Virus record (IMG/VR): IMGVR_UViG_3300029429_000001
Coordinates: 1 to 64,000 of that record
Origin: a virus
Direction: 5' to 3' (one strand)
DNA length: 64,000 nucleotides
The notes under the pieces were generated by a model that was given only the letters and a program-made list of their open reading frames with translations, had not been told where the DNA came from and searched no databases. This document shows, in pieces, positions 38,066 through 48,213 of this stretch. Within the stretch, counting starts at the first letter, position 1. Every line of letters begins with the position of its first letter. A program made the translations under genes and the position numbers.

Positions 38066-38554
38066 TGTCACTCCAAAAAAAAGGCCCTAAGGCCATTTAA
38101 TTATGTATTTGGTTGGCCTTCTCTTTCACCACTGGCGAAGGCCTCACCAGCTAAGACTGCCATCCAAATAACAGCCCTAATTAGTACTGCCCATACAGGC
38201 AGCTAGAAATACCGCGGCTAGGTCATTTTTAAGGGAACAAATAAAACCCAACGTGAATGCCCACACGCTCTAACGAGGCCCAATTGTAGGAAAGCCTCTA
38301 TAACAAGAATTCTTTAAAATTCGTTACCGGTTACGCTGTCCGGACACTGGCAATGGCAGAGTATAAAAATACCCTCAAATCCAACCAGTCGATTTATCAG
38401 GCTAATAACTTGCCCTTACTCACAGCCTTTTTAAGGACCGCTACAGGACTTCCCCCGTGGCCAACATTTTATTTTCATAACACTAAACATCAGTACAATT
38501 GAGTTTAAGTTATTGCCAGTTAGTGACTGGCAGCACATACCTACAAGGGTATTC

Positions 38555-38628
38555 TGGAGCGGCAAGCGGGAATCGAACCCGCGTCATCAGCTTGGAAGGC
38601 TGAGGTTCTGCCATTGGACCATTGCCGC
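38555..38628 (-). tRNA. tRNA-Gly(TCC)
   Basis: 74-nt cloverleaf: GCGGCAA/TTGCCGC acceptor, CTTCCAA anticodon loop, GGTTCGATTCC T-arm, encoded CCA. Confidence 0.92.
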
Positions 38629-38715
38629 AAATTCTATTTTTTCATAATGCGATTTATTAAATCGTCGGTAGCCTGCCGTGCTGCTTTCTCCACCTGGGCT
38701 TCACGCTTTTTCTCT

Positions 38716-39000
38716 TTAATTCTCGACCTGCCTAGGAAACCCGACCGGTATTGCTTTTCTGGCTTCATCATTGTTTTTCTTCTTAACGTACTTACGCATT
38801 TCGCCCTGCAGGTAAGTATTTGCATGGCCCCGCCTGTCCGGATTTTCTTTATCTAAATAAATCAGTTCGTACCTGGCCGAAACTTCGGCTTTACGCTCCA
38901 GGGGTATGGCCGACATTCGACCTAAAACAAATTTTTTGTCACTGTCTTTGCCCCTGGAATGGTAGAACCTGGGGTAGTCCGTATGCCGCTCTTTAGCCAC
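38716..39000 (-). CDS. Basic hypothetical protein
   Basis: Operon context. Confidence 0.5.
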   Translation of the reverse strand: MAKERHTDYPRFYHSRGKDSDKKFVLGRMSAIPLERKAEVSARYELIYLDKENPDRRGHANTYLQGEMRKYVKKKNNDEARKAIPVGFPRQVEN

Positions 39001-39186
39001 TTAAAACGGATGCCAATGAACCACTGCCGCGAAATGTGCCAGGCTCGCAAGCTGCGCCGGCAAGTGCCAGCCCCGGCGCCCTTCCGGAAACATATTCGTT
39101 AATCCGCAAAATCCGATAAGGGTGAAAACCAACCACATCGAAAAACCGAGCCAAAATCCCCACCCTATACCCTGTAAAGCTTCCAT
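39001..39186 (-). CDS. Small membrane protein
   Basis: GAGG RBS; hydrophobic. Confidence 0.5.
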   Translation of the reverse strand: MEALQGIGWGFWLGFSMWLVFTLIGFCGLTNMFPEGRRGWHLPAQLASLAHFAAVVHWHPF

Positions 39187-39220
39187 CTTTCAAACCTCTA
39201 AATGCGAATGATTCTCATTC

Positions 39221-39811
39221 TCAAAACGGAATATCATCATCAAAATCATCAAACGAATTGCTTGGCTGGGCTTGTGGTGCGGCCTGTGGCGCTGCCGGTG
39301 CCTGCTGAGTGTGGCGCGGCTGCTGCTGTGGCGCCTGCTGAGGCTGAGCATATTGCTGGGCCGGTTGCTGTCGCTGAGCAGGTTGCTGATACGCTGGCTG
39401 CTGCTGAGGTGCGGCTGGTTGCTGATAAGCCGGCTGCTGTTGCGGCGCCTGGTACCCGCCCTGGTTATCGGCAGGACGGCTATCAAGCATGGTCATTTCA
39501 TTAGCGATGATTTTAGTGCTGTATCGCTTAATGCCGTCTTTTTCGTATTCGTCGGTGCGCAGCTTGCCTTCGATGTAACACTTGCTGCCTTTTTTCAGGT
39601 ACTCGCCAATGATCTCAGCCAGGCGGCCAAACGCTTCTACGCGGTGCCATTCGGTTTTATCTACCTGTTGGCCTGTGTTCTTATCTTTATAGCCCTCATC
39701 AGTTGCCAGGCTCATGCTGACTACCGCGTTACCATTGGGCAGAAATCGCATTTCAGGATCACGGCCCAATGTGCCGATCAAAATCATTTTATTAATAGAC
39801 CCTCGGGCCAT
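39221..39811 (-). CDS. ssb: Single-stranded DNA-binding protein
   Basis: [31 protein letters not shown] linker, DFDDDIPF tail. Confidence 0.97.
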   Translation of the reverse strand: MARGSINKMILIGTLGRDPEMRFLPNGNAVVSMSLATDEGYKDKNTGQQVDKTEWHRVEAFGRLAEIIGEYLKKGSKCYIEGKLRTDEYEKDGIKRYSTKIIANEMTMLDSRPADNQGGYQAPQQQPAYQQPAAPQQQPAYQQPAQRQQPAQQYAQPQQAPQQQPRHTQQAPAAPQAAPQAQPSNSFDDFDDDIPF

Positions 39812-40293
39812 AATCACTCTCCTCAAAAATTAAAACGGGTTGACGGCCGTATTAATGGCCTCCCGGCCTCCTGTGTTAAGCCGGTCGGTTCCGTCAACCC
39901 ATAGCAATGAACTCAAACCCCAGGCTAATTTCTTCAGCCTCTCACCCTAGGTAGCGGGTGATTCAATTTGTTTTCAGGTCCGAACCCATTGCTATGGATT
40001 GAAATGAATTGGCCGCATCAATCCCAAACACAGGCCCCCCGCTGAAAACCTGTAAGGGCCGGCCAACTCATAAAGGAGAATTATTGGGCGGTCGGCGGTT
40101 TGGGTCGGTTGTGGTTGCCGGTACCCTGTGAGAGGTAGGCCCGGATTATTCACGGTTGACTCAGATTGCAATTGCCAAAAACTCTCGTTTATAAGCCCTA
40201 AGCTGCCACTAGCAATAGCTCAGGTAATTCATTCATTTATCTATTCTCATCGATCAGCCCAACTAGACAGATCGCGTCATTCTACAGGATAAA

Positions 40294-40354
40294 AATACCG
40301 ATTAAACCTCTAAATAGTATTGATATGGTATTAAAACGATATCTTTTTGATACT
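40294..40354. repeat. 11-bp-periodic RRTAYY array 1
   Basis: Units at 40294, 40316, 40327, 40338, 40349. Confidence 0.7.
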
Positions 40355-40358
40355 TTTG

Positions 40359-40982
40359 TCAGTTAACCGATTTCATGACTGAGCCCGATCTTTCAACGTC
40401 ATCACAGCAAGCAAATAGCACATTACCTATTGAGGGGTGCATGAGCCTGGCGACTCGATCGAGCACTTCGAGTTTAATCTCGCTGGAGAATTCACCTGCC
40501 GGTACCGGCATCATGACGCTCTCAAATTTCTTGAGCGCTGCCTCTAAATCTGCCGGGATCAAACTAACCTCAGAGCTATTTTGCTTGGACATATCGACTT
40601 CCTTTTTAGCTGGTTCTGAAGTCTTGAATGCGACCTCTCTTGGCCGGACTGTACTCTTAATAATTACCGGTGCCGGCGCGGCCTTTTTAGGCTGCACTTT
40701 CTTGGCTGGCTGTACTTTTTTGATTGGCTGTTTTTTCTTTGCCGGCGCGATCTTGGCTGGCGGCTCTTTCGGACCTGGACCTATGGGATTGGTACTCAGT
40801 ACTTCACCCAGGATATAAACCCTGCCGACTTTCATTAATTTCCCCTCATGAACAAGGGTCCTAATGGTCATGCTGACTTCTTCACGGGATTCGGTCATAT
40901 CCGTGCTTTCGTAAATACCCAGGGATGCCAGGCCCAAACTGGATTCTTTAACCGCGGCTATAATTTCTTCATCTAGGGTCAT
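40359..40982 (-). CDS. Hypothetical protein, N-terminal winged helix
   Basis: wHTH-like N-terminus, K/P linker. Confidence 0.55.
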   Translation of the reverse strand: MTLDEEIIAAVKESSLGLASLGIYESTDMTESREEVSMTIRTLVHEGKLMKVGRVYILGEVLSTNPIGPGPKEPPAKIAPAKKKQPIKKVQPAKKVQPKKAAPAPVIIKSTVRPREVAFKTSEPAKKEVDMSKQNSSEVSLIPADLEAALKKFESVMMPVPAGEFSSEIKLEVLDRVARLMHPSIGNVLFACCDDVERSGSVMKSVN

Positions 40983-41626
40983 GGATTCACCTGGCACAAT
41001 TCCAGGGGATCTGTGCCCAGGCGCAAACCTTTAACGGCCGTCCGGATCTCATCAAACATCAACTGAAACGATTCTCTAGGCTTGCCCTCTTCATTGTGTA
41101 CATCTATGAAAACAACATCAGGATAATCATCTGGGTTAATGTAATACCGGGAATCCTTAGCGCGCTTTTCGGTTGCCTCATACGAGTAGCCGTCCCGAAA
41201 CACTCGGACCACGATCACGCTATTACCCGGCGCCTTATTGGCTACCACTGCCAGCTCTTCATTAAATCCAAGATCACTATAAGCGGCGCCATTAACCGCC
41301 CTCATGGATTCCCTGCAAACAGACTCAGCAAAGTAGCCTTGGCCAAAATTGGGTTTAATGAATGTTTCTGCAATCAAGATCTGCAGGCTGCGGCAGCTAT
41401 GGCCGAGCAATTGAGGTCTAACTAATTCTTTATCTTCACGGTACCACTCCTCCCACTGCCCCTGACCTAAGCCAGTAAGTGCCAGGCAGAGATTAATTAC
41501 CTGCGCCTTGAATTCAAAAGCACTGGCATGAGTGGCATCCACCAGCATGGCGACCAAAGTATCTTTGCCGGCACTAGGGGGCGCATTAAATGCGATATGG
41601 ATTCCAGCGAGGCTAAACGGTTTCAT
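40979..41626 (-). CDS. Deoxynucleoside monophosphate kinase-like
   Basis: NAPPSAGKDT, RSLQI..AE..KP.FG, SDLGF.EE, DSR. Confidence 0.8.
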   Translation of the reverse strand: MKPFSLAGIHIAFNAPPSAGKDTLVAMLVDATHASAFEFKAQVINLCLALTGLGQGQWEEWYREDKELVRPQLLGHSCRSLQILIAETFIKPNFGQGYFAESVCRESMRAVNGAAYSDLGFNEELAVVANKAPGNSVIVVRVFRDGYSYEATEKRAKDSRYYINPDDYPDVVFIDVHNEEGKPRESFQLMFDEIRTAVKGLRLGTDPLELCQVNP

Positions 41627-42515
41627 TTTTAGCCATCGACGCCGCTAGGGCTTTATCCAGGCCGCCCATTGAGGTAGTTAGATCGTTTAAGAATTGCGAG
41701 ATCCAGGCGAGAAATACGCCGAATTCATGGTAAAAACGGGACTCTTGATCTTCACCAGGCAGGCTATCGTCATCGCCAATAGACTTGATCGATTTCATTA
41801 CCAGGTCACTATCCAGCTTAAACGTGACCATTTCACGCCAGCTAACCTTGGCGCTCTGCACTAAAAAGCCGTCATCTAAGGCCTGTCTAACCAGGTCGGA
41901 TTTAACCTCAATGTCACTAGATGAAAACTTACCGCCCTCTTCATCCTCAAAAGCCAATTGGTTAATCATTTCAAAATCAGGGGGAGTCTCATCAGATAAC
42001 CAGTGTGTCATCTCATGGGCTGGATCTCGCTCAGTTCTGGGCAGGCTGACAGCCAGGGAGCCCAGTGTTTCGCGTAAATAAGCTGTTATGTCATCCGCCA
42101 GCACTCCGGAGGAACACATAACCAACAGGCGGCCGTCGCGATTCATGATCACAACGGGAACAATCGTATTTTTTACCCAGGACTGGGGCAGTAACTCAAG
42201 AATAAGCTCTTCTTTCATTTGCATTCGCAGCTTGCGGCTAGGCTTAAACCCTTCCCGCTCTTCAAAAGCTTCAAGTTTTTCCTGCAGAAAATCACTAACA
42301 ACACTGGCGGGCAATAAGCGCTTTTGCTGCTTAAACATGATCAACTGGCAGTTACTTTGCTCAATAACAAAGCTAGAACCAGGTAACGGCGGTACCCAGC
42401 CTTGAGACACTTGCTGGGTTTTTTCGCAGGGAGCGAATTTTTTAGATTCTATTTTTTCTTCTGGTAAAACTATCTGTCCCTTGGACACATACCAGATACA
42501 ACTTTTCGCCTGCAT
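41613..42515 (-). CDS. rdgC: Recombination-associated protein RdgC (P1 HrdC-like)
   Basis: FAPC..SQGWVPP, RLLPASVV, LLPQSW, LRETLGSL. Confidence 0.9.
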   Translation of the reverse strand: MQAKSCIWYVSKGQIVLPEEKIESKKFAPCEKTQQVSQGWVPPLPGSSFVIEQSNCQLIMFKQQKRLLPASVVSDFLQEKLEAFEEREGFKPSRKLRMQMKEELILELLPQSWVKNTIVPVVIMNRDGRLLVMCSSGVLADDITAYLRETLGSLAVSLPRTERDPAHEMTHWLSDETPPDFEMINQLAFEDEEGGKFSSSDIEVKSDLVRQALDDGFLVQSAKVSWREMVTFKLDSDLVMKSIKSIGDDDSLPGEDQESRFYHEFGVFLAWISQFLNDLTTSMGGLDKALAASMAKNETV

Positions 42516-42662
42516 TGCCGTTACTCTGCAAAATTCATTAATACCCAATGGACCATCTAATCCATCGGATCACGCACTAAAGCGCATAGGTGGTTAGCTC
42601 AGATCGGTTTTCACCACAAAAAAAGATCTTACTGCTGGGTATGAGCTAACCCCTATGAACTC

Positions 42663-43001
42663 TCACCTGGTTTGTTTTACCAGGGACAAAACTATTACAA
42701 CCGCCAGCATCAAGCTTGCTGACACCTCATGGTGGTTTGCTGCCCCATGATGGAATAACGCCATCGCCACCAGGCAGATAAAACCCTTACCCATGATCGT
42801 TGAAGACTTAGCCGGCAGATTAAATTCAAAGCGCCCTTTCAAAAGCCCTTCAACCACGCCAAACAATATAACCGCACATAGCAATGAGAGGCCTGCTGGC
42901 CAATGGACAATGAGCAGACTTAAGACAATGACGCCAAAAACCGCCATGAGTACCGCTGCCGGGTCTTCAAAGCTCCCCGAAAACCTGTTTAACCATTTCA
43001 T
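42663..43001 (-). CDS. Multi-pass membrane protein
   Basis: About four TM segments. Confidence 0.55.
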   Translation of the reverse strand: MKWLNRFSGSFEDPAAVLMAVFGVIVLSLLIVHWPAGLSLLCAVILFGVVEGLLKGRFEFNLPAKSSTIMGKGFICLVAMALFHHGAANHHEVSASLMLAVVIVLSLVKQTR

Positions 43002-43037
43002 TTACTGAGCCTCAAAATAGATAACGGTATAAGTACC

Positions 43038-43535
43038 TTAAATCCTTATCCAGCCTCGGGCGATCAATGCGGCCTCCAGCTGCGGGTATATCAGGCCTTT
43101 CGTGACCATATCGGAATCTGCACGCATCAGGGCTATACCAGCCATCACAGCGTGATTACCCTTCTCACAGTCCCGTTGATAGCCATCAGGCGTTAAGTGC
43201 CCGCTAATCGCCGTAGAACCGTCTTTACGCTTTTGCCCATGGTTTCTAGTGCCACCATCGACTTCGAGCGCCAGCCTGTAATCAGGCCAGTAAAAATCTA
43301 GTCTCCATTTCCGAGTATCATGAAACTTAAACTCGGAAATCGGACCAGGGAGGTTTAAGGCCCTCAGATCCCTAAGGAACCGAAGTTCAAGAGGTGATCT
43401 GGTTTTTTTATTTAGCCTAGGGTGTTTGGCAGTTCCGTTTTTTGAACCTGAAACATTGCGGTGCTTCGATTCTGGAATTTTGACTTTGCCTGAAGAGATG
43501 AGCATATCCAGCTCAGCTTGCTTCAATCGAGTCAT
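43038..43535 (-). CDS. PD-(D/E)XK endonuclease (DUF559-like)
   Basis: EFKFHDTRKWRLDF..ALEVDGG..RDCEK.N. Confidence 0.8.
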   Translation of the reverse strand: MTRLKQAELDMLISSGKVKIPESKHRNVSGSKNGTAKHPRLNKKTRSPLELRFLRDLRALNLPGPISEFKFHDTRKWRLDFYWPDYRLALEVDGGTRNHGQKRKDGSTAISGHLTPDGYQRDCEKGNHAVMAGIALMRADSDMVTKGLIYPQLEAALIARGWIRI

Positions 43536-43564
43536 GCCTTAAACCTCATTGGTCGATTTGAGAA

Positions 43565-43593
43565 GCATACCGGAAGTGTGCATGTGTTGCACA
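43565..43593 (-). promoter_or_regulatory. Operator TGTGCA-N5-TGCACA (43577-43593) overlapping early promoter
   Basis: Perfect palindrome; -10 TATGCT downstream on minus strand. Confidence 0.7.
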
Positions 43594-43754
43594 CGGTCTA
43601 TTTGACAGGAATTGTATTTATTGATTACTGATTATTTTATATACATTGAAACTTGCGAAGGGGTTGAGGCAAGGGGAGGGTTAAAATTTAGGACTAAAAA
43701 GGATTAAAAAGGAGGGGATTACGCTAAAATGGCTACAGGCCCCGTGGTTACTGG

Positions 43755-44112
43755 GTGTATAACTTTCAATCCTACCGCAAAGCATCCACCTTTCCTACCG
43801 CAAAACTACTGGATAGCCTACTCCAAAACATCCAGCAAACCTACCGCGTAGCATTCACTGTATGTATAACCCGAGCAGTTACGCACAGCTTAATCACAAT
43901 GTTCTCCACAGAAAATGGGGGTAACTGGCTAATATTCATATCCTGGTGCCAGTTATCCACGCTAAATCCAGCAAACCTACCGCAAAGCATCTAGGCAATT
44001 TGGTTATATACAGTAGTTTTTTGATCAATAAACACTCCCCTACCGCAAAACATCCAGCAAACCTACCGCAAAACATCCTGCATTTTGGCGGTTACTAACA
44101 GGTTTATGCACA
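43755..44112. other. Iteron-type plasmid replication origin
   Basis: 17-bp iterons CCTACCGCAAAACATCC at 43771, 43794, 43817, 43840, 43976, 44039, 44062 (23-bp period within clusters); DnaA-box-like TTCTCCACA, TTATCCACG, TTATATACA, TTATGCACA. Confidence 0.88.
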
Positions 44113-44408
44113 AACAAAAGACTAAAAAACCTTTAAGTAAATGTCATATAACACATTAAAGGAGGCTTAAAGCGTCAAATAATAGGGTCGGTTTATAGCT
44201 GAATTAGGGATTTCAGTGGCACACTGAGGTCGTCTATTCTGCTCTAAATCGATCAAACAACCGATAGGGCGTTAGGCTAAACTACTACTTTAGTGCTGGA
44301 TTATGACTTTGCAGTATAAGACTTAAGAAGAGCATACCCTGCAGGCCCCTAAACATAGGGGGGCTTGTGCTGGAATTCGTAGTAAGACCATCAGGAATGG
44401 AGCGTCGC

Positions 44409-44560
44409 ACTATCAATAAGTTGATAGTGGCACTACACCCGCTCGAAGGGGGACTATCAAAAAGTTGATAACGCCACTACGAAACCTCGATACGGGACTA
44501 TCAATAAGTTGATAGTCCCGAGCTAATATATTAACCTGCCATTATCAGTTAATTGATAAT
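44409..44560. repeat. Four 20-bp palindromes ACTATCAATAAGTTGATAGT at exact 44-bp spacing
   Basis: 44409, 44453, 44497, 44541 (last degenerate); upstream of RepL-type gene. Confidence 0.8.
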
Positions 44561-44572
44561 GAGACGCTTAAT

Positions 44573-45130
44573 ATGTCAACGACAACCCCAAGACATGAAA
44601 TAAACCCCTTTCTAGTGGGAATGGACGTAACCGTAGGGTCCTCACAGGTTAGAATCTCCACTCTTGGTAAAGATGATAACATCATGATTAACCAGTCCAC
44701 AGGAGAGGTCACAGGCACTCACATAGTGGCGAGAAAGAAGATAGACAAGACTAAATTTGTTAAAACCTTCGCAGATTACATTTCTTTTACATTCGACTTA
44801 ACAAAAGCAGGCAATAAGGCCTTGCGAGTAGTCATGTGGGCCATTAAAGAGAACGCGATAGGAAAGGACCAGGTTGTTCTAGATAAGTACACTCATGAAG
44901 CTTTCATGAGCCACCACAGCGACCAAGAACCGCCGTTAGTCCTGAGTAAGCCTACATTTGGGCGGGGGCTTGGTGAATTAGAAAAAGCCAAGATTATCGC
45001 AAAAGCTAAACGCATTGGAACTTACTTTATTAATCCAAACTGCATATTTAATGGCGATCGTGTGGCGTTCACAACGATCCTAGAAAACAGCAATAGTGAC
45101 GATACCCAATCACAAGGATCACTGATATAG
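44573..45130 (+). CDS. Small-plasmid-type replication protein (RepL/RepA winged-helix family)
   Basis: NPF, INQSTGEV.GTH, FVK.F, TF.RGL.ELEKAKII, YFINPNCIFNGDR. Confidence 0.85.
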   Translation: MSTTTPRHEINPFLVGMDVTVGSSQVRISTLGKDDNIMINQSTGEVTGTHIVARKKIDKTKFVKTFADYISFTFDLTKAGNKALRVVMWAIKENAIGKDQVVLDKYTHEAFMSHHSDQEPPLVLSKPTFGRGLGELEKAKIIAKAKRIGTYFINPNCIFNGDRVAFTTILENSNSDDTQSQGSLI

Positions 45131-45172
45131 CTGCATGTGGCGGGCTTATTAGGCCGTAACCCGCCCTGCATT

Positions 45173-45220
45173 CCTACCGCAAAACATCCAGCCCCAAAGC
45201 ATTCCTACCGCAAAACATCC
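45173..45220. repeat. Two further perfect iterons
   Basis: CCTACCGCAAAACATCC at 45173 and 45204. Confidence 0.85.
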
Positions 45221-45269
45221 AGGGCATAATCGCCAGGCAAAAAAATAGAGGCTTAAAGCCTCTTATTTA

Positions 45270-46403
45270 CTACGCGAACTGTATCTCATCGGTTTCTGGC
45301 TCCATGGCCTTATCTGGCTTAGGTAACTTGCCTGGACTCCATTTCTTGGCTTTCTTCATTTCCTTAAGCCCCCTGGCATCGTCTAGCCAGTGTTTCGTCT
45401 TAACCCTGCCTGTAAAGTCTTTATGAGCCCATACAGTGACGATTCGATCTTCTATCTTGGTGCGACCGCCTAGGCCACTAACCTTAGCCGTTTTATTTTC
45501 GATATTGTATGCGCGGATAACATTGTTTTTCTTAAGGTCCTCCAGGGCCATTTTCAACTTACCCCAACTCTTGCTCGGGTTTTTTTCATAAAACCCAATA
45601 CAGCTGTTTTCAAGATATTTCCTGGCCGCAAAATTGTATTGAGTTTTATGGCCGGCCTGGCGGAATTTATAACTTAGGGTCTTTATCAGGTCTATTGCTA
45701 GATCTTCATTGAGCTTGCCCTGCAGCTCAATGTCATGAGCACAGTAATCACCTAGTGCAATGTCGCGAGCAAACGCCCAGTGAAATTCGCAATAACTTTT
45801 TGATTCCCGATCAGCCCTGTACATTTGTGCTGTGATCAGAGTTAGGTTGCTAATGCGCGTATTAACATTGGAGTGCGTAGCAGCATCAGAATTTTGAGCC
45901 ATCATAGGCAGGTCAATCGAGCTTCTAGCCAGTGTGTTTAGGGACTCTCGGATCTGCGCTACAGAATATTTCGTATCGAATATGTCCATAATCACGGTCC
46001 TAATTCCCTGGAGCGTAAAGGTAACGCCGATCTGGAGTTTATCCTTTTTCGGTACTGCGGCGCCTTGAGATGCCAGGTAGGCCAGAGCATCCTCCACCCT
46101 ATCCTCTCGTATGCTGGGGTTGCGGATTACATCTGATTTAACGGAGACGCCATTAACCATCTTTGTAATAGGTATTATCGCCGCACTCACACTGTATTCA
46201 ATAGGACCATCAGGGCCCTTAAATTCACGGTATTGAATATGATTGCCATTGGCACGGCGAAAAACGCGCTTAGTTAACTGGCTATACATGCCCGTTATAT
46301 TGGTCAGGCTATCTGCTTTTTCTTCAGCCAGCCCTAGGTTGGTGAAAATATTTAGCTGGCGCTCAAAATCATCAACCACAACTGGCAGATTATTACCCGG
46401 CAT
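45270..46403 (-). CDS. Plasmid replication initiator (RepA-like)
   Basis: PSIREDRVEDAL..LA, GVTFTL, YS..QIRESL..L motifs; adjacent to iterons. Confidence 0.75.
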   Translation of the reverse strand: MPGNNLPVVVDDFERQLNIFTNLGLAEEKADSLTNITGMYSQLTKRVFRRANGNHIQYREFKGPDGPIEYSVSAAIIPITKMVNGVSVKSDVIRNPSIREDRVEDALAYLASQGAAVPKKDKLQIGVTFTLQGIRTVIMDIFDTKYSVAQIRESLNTLARSSIDLPMMAQNSDAATHSNVNTRISNLTLITAQMYRADRESKSYCEFHWAFARDIALGDYCAHDIELQGKLNEDLAIDLIKTLSYKFRQAGHKTQYNFAARKYLENSCIGFYEKNPSKSWGKLKMALEDLKKNNVIRAYNIENKTAKVSGLGGRTKIEDRIVTVWAHKDFTGRVKTKHWLDDARGLKEMKKAKKWSPGKLPKPDKAMEPETDEIQFA

Positions 46404-46962
46404 CCTTAAACTCCTTTATTGATTCTGGTGGCGCCAATAGGCAAGTGGTTTCAAGTACAGAGAAGCCGGCCATGCGCAGCATCTTTTCCCATAGAAGGAA
46501 TTGAATACCTGGACCATGATTTTTAAAATAGTTATAGAAGACACGACGGCGAAAACCAGTTTTTAAAGCAAGTTGAATAACTGGGATTTCTTCTCCTTCC
46601 GGAGTCAAAAGCATTTCTTTAAGCGCTCTTACTTGGTGGCCGGTAGGTGGCGCCCAAACAGATCCAGACTCCATAAGAGTCGTATCCGGATTACACCAGA
46701 TAGAAAAACGTCGTTGCTTGTTTTTTTCACGGAAATAAAGAGGGGTATTTTTAACTTCCCCCTGGATATTCAATAGAGCGTCGGGCACTTCAGGGTGATT
46801 CGACTTAACGATTAAACGGCAGGGATCGATTTCTGAAGAGGCTAGCGCATATCGTAAATAGCGCTTTTCGGCTTTTACAGGGTCACTTGTTTCAACGAGA
46901 GCGTGTTTTACTCCTGGTGACTCAAGGTATTCTTTGTATATTTCTATGTTGTTGTTATTCAA
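46393..46962 (-). CDS. Regulator with KorC-like C-terminal HTH
   Basis: W.PPTG.QVR.L...LA..TG..RR.F..Y...I.F..W..L...AG resembles IncP KorC. Confidence 0.6.
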   Translation of the reverse strand: MNNNNIEIYKEYLESPGVKHALVETSDPVKAEKRYLRYALASSEIDPCRLIVKSNHPEVPDALLNIQGEVKNTPLYFREKNKQRRFSIWCNPDTTLMESGSVWAPPTGHQVRALKEMLLTPEGEEIPVIQLALKTGFRRRVFYNYFKNHGPGIQFLLWEKMLRMAGFSVLETTCLLAPPESIKEFKDAG

Positions 46963-46998
46963 TGTCTAAACTCCGGCATGAGTTTTATAGCGGTTTGC

Positions 46999-47027
46999 AG
47001 GGTACTCTATGTGCAACAGGTGCACAA
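46999..47027 (-). promoter_or_regulatory. Promoter TTGTGC-17-TACCCT with operator TGTGCA-N5-TGCACA (47010-47026)
   Basis: Perfect palindrome upstream of the regulator-rep operon. Confidence 0.7.
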
Positions 47028-47049
47028 TAAAGCCCCTTAATTAACAGCC

Positions 47050-47589
47050 CTAATCTAGGACCATCTCCTTGTCTGATGGCGGCTCACCATCTAATCCATC
47101 TATCGCTTGATCCACTTTCTCTTTATCACAATGAGACAATTGCTCTTTCACAGAGTGCATTTGCTTGTTGTTTATATAGAGAGAGTCGAAAGTTTTGTTT
47201 CTTTTATTGATCAAGTGCTTTTGAAGAAACACCAGGGCAATTGTTCTTAGGTCCTCTCGCTCTTCCAGGTCAGGGAAAAATTTATTCCTCGATATGGACA
47301 GATAGGCCCGTGATGGGCTGTTTTCTTCTCGCTTAGCCGATTCACCATCAACCGTAACCCATAGGCGATTATTACGTTTTTTTAGAAATCTATGTATCAG
47401 CTGGCGAGCGTAAGAGTGGTTAGGCTGATTTTTACGATTCAAAATACCGTAACTAACAGCCAAGTCTTTAACCGACACTTCAGTATGATGAAGGTATATG
47501 TAGGACATTATCTTGCTTGTATCTTCATCGTAAGATCGATTCACACGATTCCTATTTTCGTCTATTGAATTAATTACATCGTCACTCAT
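47050..47589 (-). CDS. Hypothetical DNA-binding protein
   Basis: Basic, HTH-like VSVKDLA; GGAG RBS. Confidence 0.55.
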   Translation of the reverse strand: MSDDVINSIDENRNRVNRSYDEDTSKIMSYIYLHHTEVSVKDLAVSYGILNRKNQPNHSYARQLIHRFLKKRNNRLWVTVDGESAKREENSPSRAYLSISRNKFFPDLEEREDLRTIALVFLQKHLINKRNKTFDSLYINNKQMHSVKEQLSHCDKEKVDQAIDGLDGEPPSDKEMVLD

Positions 47590-47618
47590 TAAACTTTGCT
47601 CCAGGGCCCGTTAAGCCC

Positions 47619-48155
47619 TTAACTTCCCATCGCCAGTGCCAGGTATCCGACCCGGACGCGGTGAGTCTTACAATACTGGGCAAATTCCTTAACAACCCCT
47701 CTAAATCTACCTCCGGCATGCTCGGAGTGATCCAAGTACTTCCTGCTTTTTATCCCACAATATGTACAAAGCCAGTCCCGGGAATAAGCTTCCCAGCGTC
47801 GAGATAGTGGCAATTTAGAATGAACGGCAAAGCTTTCGCCCTGCTCAATATCAACCCCTTTGGCCCCTGCCTTAGCTTGTAAAAACTGATGAAACGCGGC
47901 ATCTCTACACATTTGACCTGCTGTAGCGGTATAAGCACCACCAACAACATCGCCGTCATAATTAGCCAGCATCAAGCTCGCCTCTATGATCATTTTTCGA
48001 GAGTCTTTAGCATCGCCTAACATTTTGGCCGTCTCTTCAGTCACCTGAAACGATGCCCGGTAAGTTATGCCGTTAGCGTTGCTTACCGATATTTTTGGTC
48101 GGTAAAGGGCGACGGTAATGGGGCTGCCAATGCTATCTAGCGGGTTTGCGCTCAT
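47619..48155 (-). CDS. Conserved phage hypothetical protein
   Basis: MCRD..F..FL, CGIKSRK.LD motif. Confidence 0.6.
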   Translation of the reverse strand: MSANPLDSIGSPITVALYRPKISVSNANGITYRASFQVTEETAKMLGDAKDSRKMIIEASLMLANYDGDVVGGAYTATAGQMCRDAAFHQFLQAKAGAKGVDIEQGESFAVHSKLPLSRRWEAYSRDWLCTYCGIKSRKYLDHSEHAGGRFRGVVKEFAQYCKTHRVRVGYLALAMGS

Positions 48156-48213
48156 ACGTTTACATTACTCGCTTTTGAGTGTGCATTCATTACACACCTC
48201 ATTGTGTGAATGT

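Noticed and set aside
38095-38270. Frameshifted membrane gene
   Set aside because: Fragments lack a convincing start and RBS
39190-39904. Long alternative-frame ORFs over ssb
   Set aside because: By-products of the Gln/Pro repeat linker; likewise most plus-strand ORFs antisense to structural genes
43771-44078. CRISPR or coding repeat (ORF 43755..43994)
   Set aside because: 23-bp period with 6-bp linkers and DnaA boxes indicates iterons; the ORF is incidental
44409-44560. Mini-CRISPR array
   Set aside because: Repeats only 20 bp, the first two spacers resemble each other, no cas genes, adjacent to a rep gene
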